DNA of 64,000 nt. Source: Phoronis australis (taxonomy: Eukaryota; Animalia; Phoronida). Below the pieces are notes generated by a model. That model was not told the DNA's origin, searched no databases, and saw nothing but the letters and a program-made list of their open reading frames with translations. A program made the position numbers and the translations under genes. Positions 38,501 to 53,011 of the stretch are shown piece by piece (within the stretch, counting starts at the first letter, position 1; the number at the start of each line of letters is the position of its first letter). Location: assembly GCA_002633005.1 (NCBI GenBank), contig NMRA01000358.1, forward strand, positions 62,001 to 126,000, written 5' to 3'.

Positions 38501-40270
38501 GCAGTGTACTGAACACAACCTCAAAATGACATAACGGGGGGCAGTGTAGTAAAACTACTAAATGAGGGTGGTAAATCGGAATCGTGTTTCAAGACATCTT
38601 TGTAACAATCTATAGGCACCGCTAAATAATGCCAAGTGAATAATAAATCAATAGCTTTAATTCAAGGAAAAATATGAACAGTTAAAACTGGACAGTTTTT
38701 ATACCGTAAAAACATGGCTGCGAAACCGTAAAATGTGTTTGAACCTATAACTTTAGAAAAACATAATATTTTGAGAAAATATTTTACCGCTGTTTATAGA
38801 TCCCATAGGACTACTTATGTGCCAAATTTGGTGAAAATCGGCTGACCCCCACCTTGCCGCTCATGGTTGGTGCTCTCGTGGACTAGTACTTAAGTGTTCG
38901 AGGGAATAGTTCATAAGATTGCCATTATACTCGTCGGTCTGTCTCTATCCGGGATCTGCTACTGTATGGCCAAAATCCCTCAATGGATGTCCGTGAAATT
39001 TTGCAGACACGTGGATCGTGGATGCTACTGCATGATGAAATTTTCAGATAGATCTGACGTCTTGTGGCAATTTTATTTATTTATTGTTAATTTGCCGCTT
39101 CATCAGTTTTTCCTGATGCAAATACACTGCCTCGACAGGGTCGTACCAGTTAAAGAAATGACCTGTATTTTGTGCATCTTGGTGGGCGTTTTCACTGTTT
39201 TCAAGTCCATTAATGTTAGTTGTAATAACATTAGATATTACTTATTCATACTGATGCAATTCTCATGTGTTAAAGATGTGTTGATACACAAGTTATTTTT
39301 TTTAAAACCACATAATTATATGTCTTCAGTCCATTACTACACAGATTGTGAAATTAAGAAATAATTGTAGTCTTCCTTTCGCCTGACCTTTCCCATTAAC
39401 CCTCATTTGACAAATGTTTAAATATTTTCTTGTGCACAAAAGAATTATTTTATACAAACAGCATGTTAAATATTTCACAAACCGACCAATATCTCTATTG
39501 TGGAGAGGTCCAGACTTTTCAACATAATTATGTTTTGCAGCTGCTTCTGTGTTAAACTTTTCTTGGCTTCCCTATGATTTGTAAGTAAAGTGTGTTAGGT
39601 ATTCCAAAAAGTAAGCTGTTAACATTAATCTGAATTGGAGGTGTTCATTGCTGTTACTAAAACTGGCGCATTGATTGGGTGAAGTATCTTCGAATAAATT
39701 AGACATTACATAAATTGTACAAAGCTCTGCTGCACTGCACAGTAATCTGCTGCTACATAGACATTTGTCAAGTATTCGTGTAAATGAACACATACCAGGT
39801 ATTATTCTCCAAGAAGAATCGTGTTAAAAGGTGGCAGGTGTTTTCCCACTGAGGAGAATGTTATTTCCAAATGCTTTACATCCCCAAGATGGTATTATTA
39901 AGTTGACTATTAAGTATTGCTCTCTTTAGTGGTAATGTTTAAAATAATTATCGGGTATCTGTATTGTATGTGATGCACACAGTGGATGCATATTCAACCC
40001 TTCGCATTACTCCTGTTGTTCGAGCCATTTGAATAATCCACTGCGTAGCAGAGGTAAACGCAAAGAATTTTGAAAGTCTTGAAATCCAGTTGCTTTCAAT
40101 CTTTCCACTTCATGGCATGTGAATTATCAGCTTCACTGGCTGAACTATTGTCCTAACGAAGTCTGTCATAAAATGGCAATGCAGCTTTTAAAATGTGGTT
40201 ACTTGGCCATTTTGGTCACATTTTACTGGTTTTTCTCACTAATCAGTAACTGTTGTTGGTGCTCTTGCAG

Positions 40271-43200
40271 CTGTGCATCACTATCAACGATATTGAACAT
40301 GTACGTCGAGGTCTCAAGCCTTTGCCTGATGCGCTCAAGTTTGCTGAAATGGAGGCAGCTCTTAACAGAAGTGAGGAAGCTAGGAATCCTAAAGCAGTGA
40401 GAACTGTTTTGAAGGCAGCTGATGAGGATATGGCATTGAAAATAAAGCAAGTGGTGGACAAGGTCGCTGATAGGGTAAACATCTCTTTTTCTGTCTTTGT
40501 GACTATTTCAGTACACTTCACATTTTTTTTAATGGTTGGCAACAAGGATTGCAAGGGAAAGCCCATTACAGTCACCCAGCGAAGGAAACCATGGATTCTC
40601 CAGGCATCAGTAAATAAGCCATTCCTCAGTCGTCCACATGTCAGCCACCTCCAGCCAATCCTCTAGACCTCAGTACATCATCTGCCTCTAGCCAATCTTC
40701 TAGACAGCCATACATCAACCGTGGCCAGCAATCCTTTAGACAGCCATACATCAGCTGCCCCAGCTATCCTCTTGACGCCTGTACATCAGCTGTCATTAGC
40801 CATCTTCTGGATGTCCATGCATGCTTTAGCCTTCCTCCTGGCCTCCTCTAGACGTTTGTGCATCAGCCATCTCCCAGTCGTCCTCTAGACATCAATACAT
40901 CAGCCGCCCCCAGTCATCCTCTAGACGTCCGCACATTAGCCACCTCCCACCTATTATCTAGACATCTCTGGGAGTTGCCCGTAGCAATCTTTAAGCTTTC
41001 CGTACATCATGTGTTCCTCAGCCATCATTTATTTAAACACCTTTACATCAAACCCCCCCATCCATCCTCTAGGCGCCCATATTTCAGCTGTGCTCAGCCA
41101 TCCTGTAGACGTTCGTACATGAGCCACCCCCCCAGCCAATTTCTAGATGTCCGTACGTCAGTCATCTCCTGAACATCCTTTAGACGTCCTTACATCAGCC
41201 ATCTCTAGACTTCTTTAAGTCAGCTGTCCCACCAGCCATCCTTAGACATCCCTACATCAGCACTCCCCCAGGCATCCTCTACATGTCCATACATCAGCCA
41301 TCCCCCAGCCATTCTCTAGACATCTGTACATCAGCCATCCCCCAGCCATCCTCTAGGCATTGTAACCATTGTTCACCCTGTCATTGCAATGTCTGTTTAG
41401 TGATCTACTTTATTCCTGCTATCTGGACATGCGATGAATATACCAAGACTTTGAGCAAGTGTCCTTTAAAATAATAATGAATTGATAAAACTTTGAATAC
41501 TGGAGAGCTGTTGCAAAAACTTATGAATTTTACCTTAAATAAGGTCAGATTCTGAAAATTATAAATCACGTCTTTTGAAACATATTTTAAAATAATTTCC
41601 TGACCAAGCAGAGCTGCCTGACTCTTTGTACTGAGGATTGATGGCTGATTGTTTGTCGAAAGATTGTGTTGCACTCTGCCAGTGATCATAGATTAATAGG
41701 TTAAGTTCTCAGGCAAAAGTGCGTAATTAACTGTGAAAATTGTTTGTATCGTTAGATGCTATATTGTCTTTCTAAATATTTTAGATGAGACCAGACATAA
41801 AGAAAGATGTGTTCCATCTGTGCTGGGCTCCAGAGTCGATGCCTGCTGATGAGGTAATGTATGCTTCATATCAGCAATCTCTTTTATTGTGATTCTACAA
41901 AGCTTGTTGTGTTTCACGGGGAGTTTGAAAAATATGTTTTGGCCTTTGGTGTTGATTTAGCGAATCTTTTCAGATAAATTGTCTATTGTACAAAAATATA
42001 CTGGCTTTTAAGGGCCAAAAATGAAACTCATGTGAATAGATTTTTTACAATTCTCTCTATAACTGACGGAAATAGAGGCAACTTGTGAGATTCCTGTTAA
42101 AAATACTTTAAGAACACTCTTCTTGCCAGCCAATGTTTAGGGCCGCAACATTTCATGAGCTGGAACTTTTAACTAAGACCTGTAATCTATTACCTGGAAT
42201 TTTGGCAAGGTCACAAATGTCGACCTGCTGATTTCCATAGCATTGAGAGCTGACCAGGCACGACGGTAATCTCTTGTGTTACTGTGCTTACCTGCTGTCT
42301 TGTCTGCTGTTCTTTCAGGCAATAGAACATCTGATAGAATACCTGGACAGCAACTTGTTGACGATGAACAGGAACCTACTGAAGACAAACTTCCTAAGAA
42401 TTCTTGACTCAATCTGGGTCGAAAGTTTGGAAGAGTTTCTGGAAGTGCTCAATTCTGAAGAAGAGGTAGGAACCTCAATTTTCAGTATCGTGTTCTAGTC
42501 CACAGTCTGTGTGTGAAGCTCCAAATTTACAATTGTTATGAAGTATTCAGCATAGTATATTCAGTGTAATCGTCAGTAATTATTGGTAGTCAGTGTTTAT
42601 TGGTGGTTAGTGATTATTGATGGTCATTGATTATTGGTGGTCAGTGATTATTGATGGTCTGTGATAATTGATCGTCAGCAAATGTCGGTCGTCAATGATT
42701 ATTGAGCATCAGTGATAATTGGGCATGCAGTGATTATTCCTTGCAAGTTAAATATGGTGGCACTTACTTTACAGAAAACCAATGCATTTTGTGAACGTCT
42801 TTACGAAGGCTTAATGATCCTAGAAGATTTTTTCCACGCTGATGAAAAGGGCTTACCAAAGGAAACACTGCACAACCACCTTTACAAGGTACTCTTTATT
42901 TGTTGGTTAACATTCGTTACTTGCCTGTAATTGATTAGAAAAACATGGATTGTCCAAGTCTTGGAGCAGGTGGTGGCTGAGATCAGTACAGTAGGAGGAA
43001 TTCTGTGGCAGAGGAGTTGTGTATAACTGCAGGCAAGGAATTTTCCTTTCAGTTCATGCTTCCTTAACAGTAAGGAGCTTGGACAGCTGATCTTGTTAAA
43101 AGAGCATGCCACTAAACAATGATATATTTTGCATCAGATCGACTTGTTCCATTTGATAATAGTGTGTTCAGTTCTCACTGTTTTCCTGACAGTAGAAAGC

Positions 43201-45840
43201 AGGTGCATTCCTTTAAAGTGACCTAATTGTAAACTGATAAATTACATTGATTATCTTTCAGAACCTGTGTGGACAGCTGACCATGTTAAAGTCACATACC
43301 AGTGAACTTATTACGGCCTACTACTTGGAGCGCATGGAGGAACAGAGTATCCATGACAACCACCCTTCAAAGTTTGGCAGTCTGAATGTGAGGGCGTACT
43401 ACAACAGAGATGCTGATATATTATGTGTAGAAGGTAATGCTGCTATATCATTAAATCTTCATTTGACCTTGTTTAGTGACCAAACAACGAAAAGTTGAGT
43501 TAATGCCTTCTACGCTCTCTTAAAACCGGTCTTGTAATAATCATTACTGTGATAGGGTTCCATTTCCGCTACCAACGCAAGTCACAGATAATTCATACAT
43601 ATGCCATTTTAGGGCTGGTTAACTTCAATAAAGTCTGAAGGGTTTTCTTGAGTTGCATGACTGTGGTAGGTGTAGTGTGTGATGCCTGTTTGTGGTGGGT
43701 GTAGTGTGTGATGCCTGTTTGTGGTGGGTGTAGTGTGTGATGCCTGTCTGTGGTAGGTATAGTGTGTGATGCATGTTTCTGCATGGTAGGTGTAGTGTTT
43801 GATACCTGTCTGTGGAAAGTTTTGTTTTTGATAGCTGTCTTTGAAAATAGAGATTTGATCTGTTAGAGGTTTTTCACATCTTGTTTTTTATGAATGTTGC
43901 TAGTGTCTTTACAGTAATCTAGTCTTTTTGCATGTCATATGCTTTTAACCGTTTTTCTGTCATGCTTATCATAATTCATTCTTTGTATTGTTCTAATCCG
44001 TTGTCTATTGTTACAGTTTTGAATGGTCGAGACTTGATTCCACTTGATTCAAATGGTTTGAGTGACCCATTTGTAGTCGTGGAACTGGTCCCAAGACACG
44101 TGTTTCCCAAACAGGCAGTGCATAGAACTAGCGTCATCAAGAAAACACTCAACCCTGTCTTTGACGAGTCTTTTGAATTGTAAGTGATCCTGTAGGCTTT
44201 ATGGGAGTCCACTGCAGTTTGATTTATACCATTTAATGTTATAAAATTGATCTCATTTAATTTGTTCCTTATTCAGTTTAGAAGTGATTTCTGGGCTTTG
44301 AAAGAACTGACAGTGTTATTTCTTTATGGTGTGATCTGAAGTTTTATTGGCTCGGTTTCTACCAATAACAAATAATTTAACTAGGGAACAAATTGAAACC
44401 AATTTCATAACCATGGTAAATTTCCCTAAATCAAAATTAAAGCACGGGTTTAATGACACTTTAAGTAAAAAACAATCTTTTAACACTCTGTCTAATTTTT
44501 TCAATCTCTACCCCACTTATGTAACAAAAAAGCCTGTTGTCAATTTCGAAAGAGTATGGTGTCATTTTTTTGGAAATTGTGACATATTGCCAAAGCAAAA
44601 TTTAGCTTAAATTAAATTTGCTGGTAATAAAATGCTAAAGCCTCATAGTAAAGAGAAACCTTTCCCAATAACTTGTGGTGAATTGCACACAGCGTGGCGG
44701 GAATGAAAGAGTTTATTGGAGAAATTGGTGAAAAAAGAAATTGGCAAATGGGCGACACCCTATTTTTTGGTGCTCAAAGCTGATGTATATAATGGCTCCT
44801 CAAGCTTAGCGGCAAAATTAATGGCAAAATTTTCAGTATCGTGACCTCATTTTCTAATCTCAAGGAAGAGTTTAGTTTTTAATGACATTACTGTTATCAG
44901 ATTTCTATTCACCGGTTTTTACTCACATTGTTCCAAAGTTGTATATTTAACAGTTTTGTAGCAAGGCTGGTTTTAATAAAGCTACTTTAAGCAATTACTG
45001 AAGAATGTTGTTATTATCTTGGCACTGTGTGTTGCTATCATCTCGCCAGCGAATGTTGCTATCATCTCGCCACTGAATGTTGCTATCACATCTCCACAGA
45101 ATGCTGCTATCACATGGCCACTGAATATTGCTTTCATCTGGCCACTGAATGTTGCTATCACCTAAACACTGAACGTTGTTATCATCTGGCCTCTGAATGT
45201 TGCTTTTGCTCACTGTTCTGTTGTTCTCTTGTTCCAGCACTGTGACGTTGAAGCAATGCCAACAGCACGGTGCCATTGCACTGTTCACTGTAATGGACTA
45301 TGACATCATCTCACAGAATGACTTTGCTGGGGAAGGCTTCCTCCTTCTCTCTGATATCCCAGGAGTCAGTGCCCAGGACTTAACTGGCTACGATGCCCTG
45401 CGTGAGGTATCGCTACCTCTCACACAGCCTTCAGCAGAGACTAGTGAGTGACTGGTCCCTTGTCCTTTTTGTGTCTTCCAGGTGGTGCTCACTCCTAGTG
45501 AGGGGTCTGTTGTAGTAAAACAAAGTTCGTTTTGAAATTTAACTACGTTGGAGGCACTCTTTAATTTTTTTCAAGCCCATGTCAGATATATTTTGATTAA
45601 GGAAAATGTTTAGTCCACTTTCATGATGTTTAGTGGTCCAATACAAAAGTTGATTTTTATGATTTAATGCAGATTTATAGCCAAATTAAGATGGGGACTG
45701 GAGTAAAAATAGATTGTGTGCTTATTGCAGGGAGTGTTCCACTGACTGTCCTGGAATCAAGACCAAATGACCGAGATGCAAATGACTTTGTAAGGAAAAG
45801 AAAACAAGTTCTATCACAAGTGACAGCGTCCACGTCCTAG
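40271..45840 (+). CDS. BAIAP3: BAI1-associated protein 3 / Munc13-4-like, 3' exons (MUN/MHD2 and C2B domains)
   Basis: In-frame GT-AG exons 40271-40474, 41785-41853, 42319-42465, 42775-42888, 43262-43433, 44017-44179, 45238-45443, 45731-45840 (TAG). Motifs LCITINDIEHVR, DVFHLCWAP, YLDSNLL, DFFHADEKGL, PLDSNGLSDPFVVVEL...KKTLNPVFDESFEF, MDYD...NDFAGE. BAIAP3 versus UNC13D orthology needs a tree. Confidence 0.88.
40620..41360. repeat. Degenerate ~39-bp intronic minisatellite
   Basis: Repeated CATACATCAGCCATCCCCCAGCCATCCTCTAGAC-like units. Confidence 0.85.
42560..42740. repeat. Degenerate ~17-bp intronic minisatellite
   Basis: CAGTGATTATTGRTGGT units. Confidence 0.75.
43660..43815. repeat. 29-bp intronic minisatellite, ~5 copies
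   Basis: TGTGGTRGGTGTAGTGTGTGATGCCTGTY units. Confidence 0.85.
45000..45205. repeat. ~24-bp intronic minisatellite
   Basis: ACTGAATGTTGCTATCATCTGGCC-like units just before a splice acceptor. Confidence 0.85.
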
Positions 45841-48311
45841 ACAGACACTCAGGATGATTTGAACTTCGAGACTAACCAACAGATTTTTTTTGAAGACTAA
45901 CGGATTGCTCATTGTTTGTGTTGTACTTTAAATTATCTGCAGTTCTGAGAAGAATTTTACACATTGGAACTATTGAAATACGTTTTGTGAAAGCAAAAGG
46001 TCATATGAACTATGTTCAGTTGACTGTGGTGTTGATCCTTGTTTGTTTTTCGTCAGCACTGGGAAGTTAATTAGTCAAACCTGGATGCTACCAAATAGTA
46101 TTAGGGATCAATATTTCAGTACTCCAACAAATCCTAGTTCAGTGTGCTTGGTGCTCAGGTTTTAAACCTGTGAATACACTTGATTACGTTCAATCAAAAG
46201 AATTTTGTCACTGCAGTACTTGGCACAAAGTCCATTTTTAAAAAAAAAATGCATCTGAATGAATGCTAAAACTTGCATTTTACTGTACATGTTTGATATT
46301 ATTTCTTTTTATTTTATAACATTCTATTTTATTTTATTTTGTTTTTATTTTTATTATTTACATTTGTTTAATAGATTGGTGTATCTTTTAAACTTGATGT
46401 AAACTATTTGTACAATATGCACCAATACTAGTCATACAAAATTACTCGGCATTACCCATGGTGCTGGCTGAGCACAAGCATTGTTGGCCATCAGAGTACC
46501 TGAAATGTCTTGCGGTGACAAGGAAATAATATTTTGTCAGGTTACTTATGGCATATACTATATGACAGTCCCATGACATGTACACTAGCAGCTTCCTGGC
46601 AGATAGCTCCCTGAATTGTAACTTGGTGTAATGACATGAAAATAACGTTTACAGACCTTGCTACATCAAAGTCTAAACTAGCCAAGGTGGGTAACCTCCA
46701 AGCAGTTTACCTGCCTGATTCTTGTATTTTATGTAGGTCGGTCAAGTTTCTGTATTGATTCTGCAGTTACTTTTTGGCCAAATTCCATACAAAATAAAGG
46801 TGTTGATACAGTATTGGTGACCCAGGAATTGTGTATGGCTTGAATACATTGGTTGCCACTGGGATCCTATGTATATTCTTTGTGAACAAATTGGAGTTGG
46901 GCTGAGTGTTAAATTAAAGTTGATGTTGTTTTTCCTTGTCACATACGCATAATTTGTGTATATATTTGAATATTTTTAGTTTGACTGTTGACAGAATGTT
47001 TGTAATGTGAGCAACTGTTTAAATATTGGTCATTCCTGTTTATAACATTATTTATTTATGTTGTTTGTGTAATATAATGATGATTTGTGCAATAAATGAA
47101 CCTTTGTGTTTTATTTGCACCTGTGTCAGGGCGCCCGTGTCTGTTGCAAATGAGCATGTACATAGTTGGAGGCTGTTCCTTTAAAAGAGATGAGGAATGC
47201 CTGCAGGAGATATCTTTGAATTTCTCCAGTGTCATGTGATCAGCACCACCAGTTCCATCCACACTCCAGTCTCACTGGGGAGTTGGTCATCAATATATAG
47301 TCAGGGTAATTACTTTTTATCAGATCCTATATAAATAGAAGGCTTAAAAGCATCCAGGCTCTATTTTCTATTTGGGACAACTGATGGGAACCATGAAGTC
47401 TTACTAGATCCGATTAAACATTAGACTGTGGGTTCTTGACTGCCCAATTTCTCAATAGTTATTTTGTCAACAAAAGTCCAAGCCTTGTGCTACATTGGAA
47501 AGTAGTGTCTTTTCTATTTCCAGTCCTGGAAGGTCAGTATGCTTATTTGTGAAAGTGTAATAGTGCAGGAGTATGTATACCTTGATTGTCATAAAAAATA
47601 GACCGAGACTGAATTCTCTGTTATTTACGAGGTGAAGGTACAGGCACCTTTCGACTTAGATGATTGAGGGCCCTAGAGCCTCTGTTTAATTGCCTCTGTT
47701 TAGTTGCCTATCTGTGAGCATCGCACATGCCTGAAAGTAACTTGTACACACCTAGACCTAATTGTTAAATTGGCAAAAGGGACCAAACGGTAACAACCAC
47801 GTTCCCATTACTATTCGCGAATAAATCCCACAGGCGTCCGTGAGAAATGTACAGGCCAAAGTGAACACAGACAACAACGAATAATTGGGAACTGAAATGA
47901 CCACTAGTGGTTAAAGAATAGCCAGCCAGCTAGCTGTATGAAGACTATCGTCAAAATATTTTGGGCCGAGTTTTAGTCAACGCACTCTGGGATAATTTTG
48001 AACTTTATGTAGATGAAAGGAAGTTTCACGGACACGTTTAATCCAACAGACTTCCCACACATAATGAAATACCGCAATTTCGACTGAGTAGACATTGACA
48101 AAAAAACATTTGTTCTAGCTCATTTTTACTTATACACGCCATTCGTCAGTTTTACTCAGTAATCAGTAGCATGACAGCTGTTGCCAATAAGCCGGCTTCA
48201 TGCGAATCAAACTCTAAAGCTGTTGCCATCAAGCCAGCTTCACACGTACCTAAGATGTCAAGAACGCTGTTGCCATCGAGCCAGCGTCTTGTCTCCAGAA
48301 GAAGAAGATGA

Positions 48312-48807
<496 letters not shown>

Positions 48808-48869
48808 TAGTCGTATTTTAGGCAATGACCATCGCCCCTGGTCGGGCCAACAGAGGCGATGGTCATTGC

Positions 48870-49130
48870 CTAGTCGTAATGGGCGATTTCAATTCCAATT
48901 AAGCATCTGTTCTTCGGTAACAGAAAAACTGACATAGCAGGCGAGATACTTTTCAGATCTTCACCTAGTCAACGAACACTGGTGAGCCCACTTACCAGCA
49001 GTGGACTGGACCACGCCGCCAGATCCAGCACCGCGAAGTCTTGGACTTCATATTCGTTACCCGATCTCTAACAGCTCAGTGCATGAATGCGACCTCATGA
49101 GTGACCACCTACTGGTACACCTGAAACTAG
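48870..49130 (+). mobile_element. LINE APE-endonuclease remnant
   Basis: LVVMGDFNS at 48870-48896, PTY...LDF, and MSDHLLV near 49098: the GDFN...D...SDH catalytic motifs. Confidence 0.7.
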
Positions 49131-49434
49131 ACAACGCCAGAGGCCGGCTCGACTCCCTACCACAAGCTTATACAAGCGCTCATTTAAGAAAATGTTTGGC
49201 AAAACGAGCCCCCCCCCTCATTTGGTGAAGTTTTCAAACCGGTCTACCTCAGAGAAACAAAAACTCCGAAAAAGGAGAAAACGAGACAAAAGTTCACTAA
49301 AATGGCAGGAACGACCATCATTTTGCAAATGCACATTTCACGATAGCTCTGAACGTAATCCATGGGTCCACATTTTCAAAAATTTGAGCCCCCCGCAATT
49401 TTTAGGCTGGGTGCGTGCATGAGCAGTGAGATCT

Positions 49435-50880
49435 AGAGGTCCCAAAAAGTAGCAGTGGCGGATTTAGAGGGAGGCCATGCCCCCCTAATATTCTCCCAGA
49501 TTCCATTTGGCAGTACGGGGTTGCGAATGAATCCTGGCCGATACTCTGCCCTAGCCCTCCCCCCCCTCAACTCAAAATCCTGGATCCGTCCCTGAGTAGT
49601 GCGGTGTGACTGCCTCAAAATCGACCAAGAAACAAACAACAGAAAATAGGTTTGCTGTCTGCTATTTTGGTACACTTGCTAGCATAGTAGGCCCACGGTG
49701 ATTGTCAAATATGTCGTTCATCCAATGTTCACTTTGATTGCTGATTGGTGGATTGCATGCGTGTACGAGTGTTTGCGATTCCTTTCTTTGAATTCAGTAC
49801 ACACCGACGGCAAGTTCACTACAAAAGGCAGTTTTCCGTAGTCGCTCAAAAACCAGACATATCACCTGAACAGCTGATCGCCTGCAGGGACAGTTAATTT
49901 TAAATAGTTTGCTCAAGGAACGTCACCAGTTAGATGAACATCTCGGATAGCACGCTATCGATTCACTCACGGCGAACCAAGTTTCGAAGTATTTGCACCC
50001 GTGTAATACGCCATACAACAGCTACGTTTCGTACTAAATCTGACAACGGTAAACTGTGGTGGAAAACATATTTATTTTTCACGTAAGATGCCCTGATTAT
50101 CCAATAACAATATACCCGACAATAATAATAAATCACTGCGGCACTGGTCGGTACCATTGTTTGCGCACAAGGTCCCGGTATACGATCGTGAGTCACAAAT
50201 GTCCTCAATTAACGGTGTGTGTGAATGTACGTCTCGTTTTTATCGCAAAAAACAAACGCTATCACTTGTGAAACAACGGTCATAACTTGTCTTGCAGCAG
50301 AGGGATTATAAGTCATCAATGAAGAAGTTCTGTGCCCGGTTGCATCACACGAAACAGTCCCAAATAGGGACTCAACCAACTTCCCTAAATCTACTGCGTA
50401 TTTTTGGACTTGTGAAAACGATTGCTCTATCTCATTGTTTTAGTTCCATTACTAAGTCAGCTTTTGACTTTGATACAAATTGATTGAACTCTGCGTTGAA
50501 TTGTCAACATACAAGGAAGTCTAGAAGTAAATGTTTATGCCTAGCTCAAACTTTATGGCATCGAAAGAGATCCCCAAAGTAGTGCGGTGTGAATGCCTTT
50601 AAAATCGACCAAGAAACAAACTTACAGCAGAAAATGGGTTTGTTATTTGCTACTTTGGTGTACTTTCTAGCATTAGATTAATTGCAGGCATTTTCAAATT
50701 TCGAATTTAAACTGAACGCCAAATATCTTGATCATCAAGTGTCCACTTTGATTGTGGATTGGTGGATTGACATGCATGCGTGTACACGAGTGCGCGTTTC
50801 CGTTCTTTAAGTTAAATTCAGTACACACCGACGGCCGTATGTTCACTGCCTACTCTGTCGTTTCTCAAAAATCAGACATT
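49435..50880. repeat. Diverged ~300-bp direct repeat pair (49435-49860 and 50565-50880)
   Basis: Shared AGTAGTGCGGTGTGA..AAAATCGACCAAGAAACAAAC..GATTGGTGGATTG..TTCAGTACACACCGACGGC..CTCAAAAA.CAGACAT. Confidence 0.75.
49453..49594. mobile_element. hAT-like MITE with 5-bp TSD
   Basis: CAGTGGCGGATTTAG / CTGGATCCGTCCCTG ends; AGTAG duplicated at 49448-49452 and 49595-49599; the paralogous site at ~50578 is empty. Confidence 0.85.
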
Positions 50881-52335
50881 TTGCTGTCGCGTTTATTTGC
50901 TCTGAAAAATTCCCGCATGTTCACATATTAATTGCTAAGTCTAGACCTCATTAAAACCTTGCGGTACTTTTCAGTGTTCGTTTAAAATCAGTTTTGGCCG
51001 GTAGGCCTACCTCGAAAATCTAGTCTAGCTCAAATTTTTGATGGCATACCATGGTTGAGATTTTTGGGGGTTTCTACTGCCGGGCACGATCCAGAGTGTA
51101 ATTTGTCTGACCAGGGCATTTAGTGATCTATGACATGTATTGAATCATATGGAATTGGTTTTGTGTGGTACCTCAGTCGAATGTATGTGCTAGCTCATTT
51201 TTGGGAGGTCCTTTTTTGTTTCTGCCAGACCCATTCCAGAGTGCAATTTGTCTGTCATGGGTCATTTGGTATTCAGTGCGGTGCTATTGTTGGTTTTAAA
51301 TCAGTTTTGGTTGGTACCTCGAATATCTAGTCTAGCTCATTTTTGGGCTCTTTATAATAGGGGTCACACCCAGAGTGCAGACAACGACAGACGCCCTATT
51401 TCTGTACATACTCATACTGAGGTGGACTCTAAATGATCCCGTGGTCATGTTGGTACCTCGTTCATCTACGCCAAGTGCTCTGGGCTGCCGGTCTAGATGT
51501 CTTTATGGATTTGATGTTAGTTAGGCTGAGTAAGCGGCCGCTTCCGAGTGACCGCGATACAAGTGACTATCGTGGCACAGCGGCTTAATTGCAGGATATT
51601 ACATGCAAGTGAAGTGTCGAAATATGTGTTGTAGTACTTTAATTTTGTTGTTTATATGTAATTTTGAAATCCTGTGATTTGAAATTTGCACCAGTCACCG
51701 AAAGGTAAGTTTCCAGTGACAACGCATTGTAGCTTATATTTTTCCGGTCACAACGATGTAATGATGTCATTTGCGTCGATTAGTACGAGCGCCACCCAAA
51801 GTTTTTGCGGTGCTAAATGGGGTTTCTATGGGGTCGTGCGATAGTAACTGGTGTGATATGAAGAGATGATATGCTTGTGAATTGGTCAATGATACATGTA
51901 TTTAACATAAAGTGATTTGGCCGTAATTGACTTTAACTTACACCTGAGTCAGTGTTGATTCCTTTGTGTGTCTGTAAACTTTGACCAACCCGCTAACCAC
52001 AAAAATGAGCTGTGTACAAACATGAGGCGTGCTTGACAAGTTTAATTGAGCGAAATACTAGATTAGATCGTGATAGTGGAAATTTATTGATTTTTGCACT
52101 CCAAGAGAATGGTACGTAATGAAATTTAAGATTGAATGGAACTCTCTTACTTCGTCGGAGACGGCGGGCAGTTATAATAGGAACGCAGGGCTGCACGTTA
52201 ACTCAGTGACGGTTTTTCAAGTAGGGGCCGGGCCGTGCGCGGGTTCCGGTGGGTGACAGGTTGAGGTTCACGCAATGCTGGCTACATGCCTGCTTGATGT
52301 TACGAAGTTAGTCACTATGGAGATTTATTTTCTAG

Positions 52336-52466
52336 GTCACGGGATGCCAGTGCCTCCCCTCATCTCCGATCCAGCAGATGGCGCTAAGTACTGACCGCCA
52401 TTTTCAAAAATATGAGCGAGGTTGGGCACAGGAAGTGATCAAAACAAAACTTCAGCCTTAAACAAA
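52336..52466 (+). promoter_or_regulatory. Putative promoter / 5'-UTR exon upstream of CEP95
   Basis: YY1-like CGCCATTTT (~52396), ETS-like CAGGAAGTG (~52429), donor GTGAGT at 52467, CpG-richer surroundings. Inference only. Confidence 0.35.
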
Positions 52467-53011
52467 GTGAGTTAAATTATTGGTTTACGCAATATGCGTG
52501 GCCAATAAATGTTCAAAATTTCAGTGTGCCAGTTCCAGGTTACTAATCAAATCTACGGCGCTATTGAGCGGCTGTTACCAACGCACACAGACTTCAAACA
52601 CTATTCACTAACCACTAACAGTGTCAGTGACACTGAGTGTCAGTTTACTTGGTACTTGTACTTGCAGTGTTGAGCCTGGTTGTGGGTTGAATTAATTAGG
52701 CAACACGTCGTAGCTATTGGACAGATTAACAAATACCATGAGTATGTTTCTGGAGACAAGTTAGTCAACATAATTTGAAAATATCCATAAAAATCTGTCG
52801 TGATTCACTCAAGTTTCCCTCACTGACACTGGTCTGGTTGCCATTTTGGGGAAGTTAAGTTGAATCATGCCTTTTGACAAACAAAAAGTCAAATTACCAC
52901 AAATGTTCCAAATTCCATGAGATATCTGCCCATGCTACTTTTTGCAAGTGACACGCGCCAGGTCACGTGCTTCTCTCAGTCTCACGCTTGTTGCTTAATT
53001 CCCGTGCTGTC

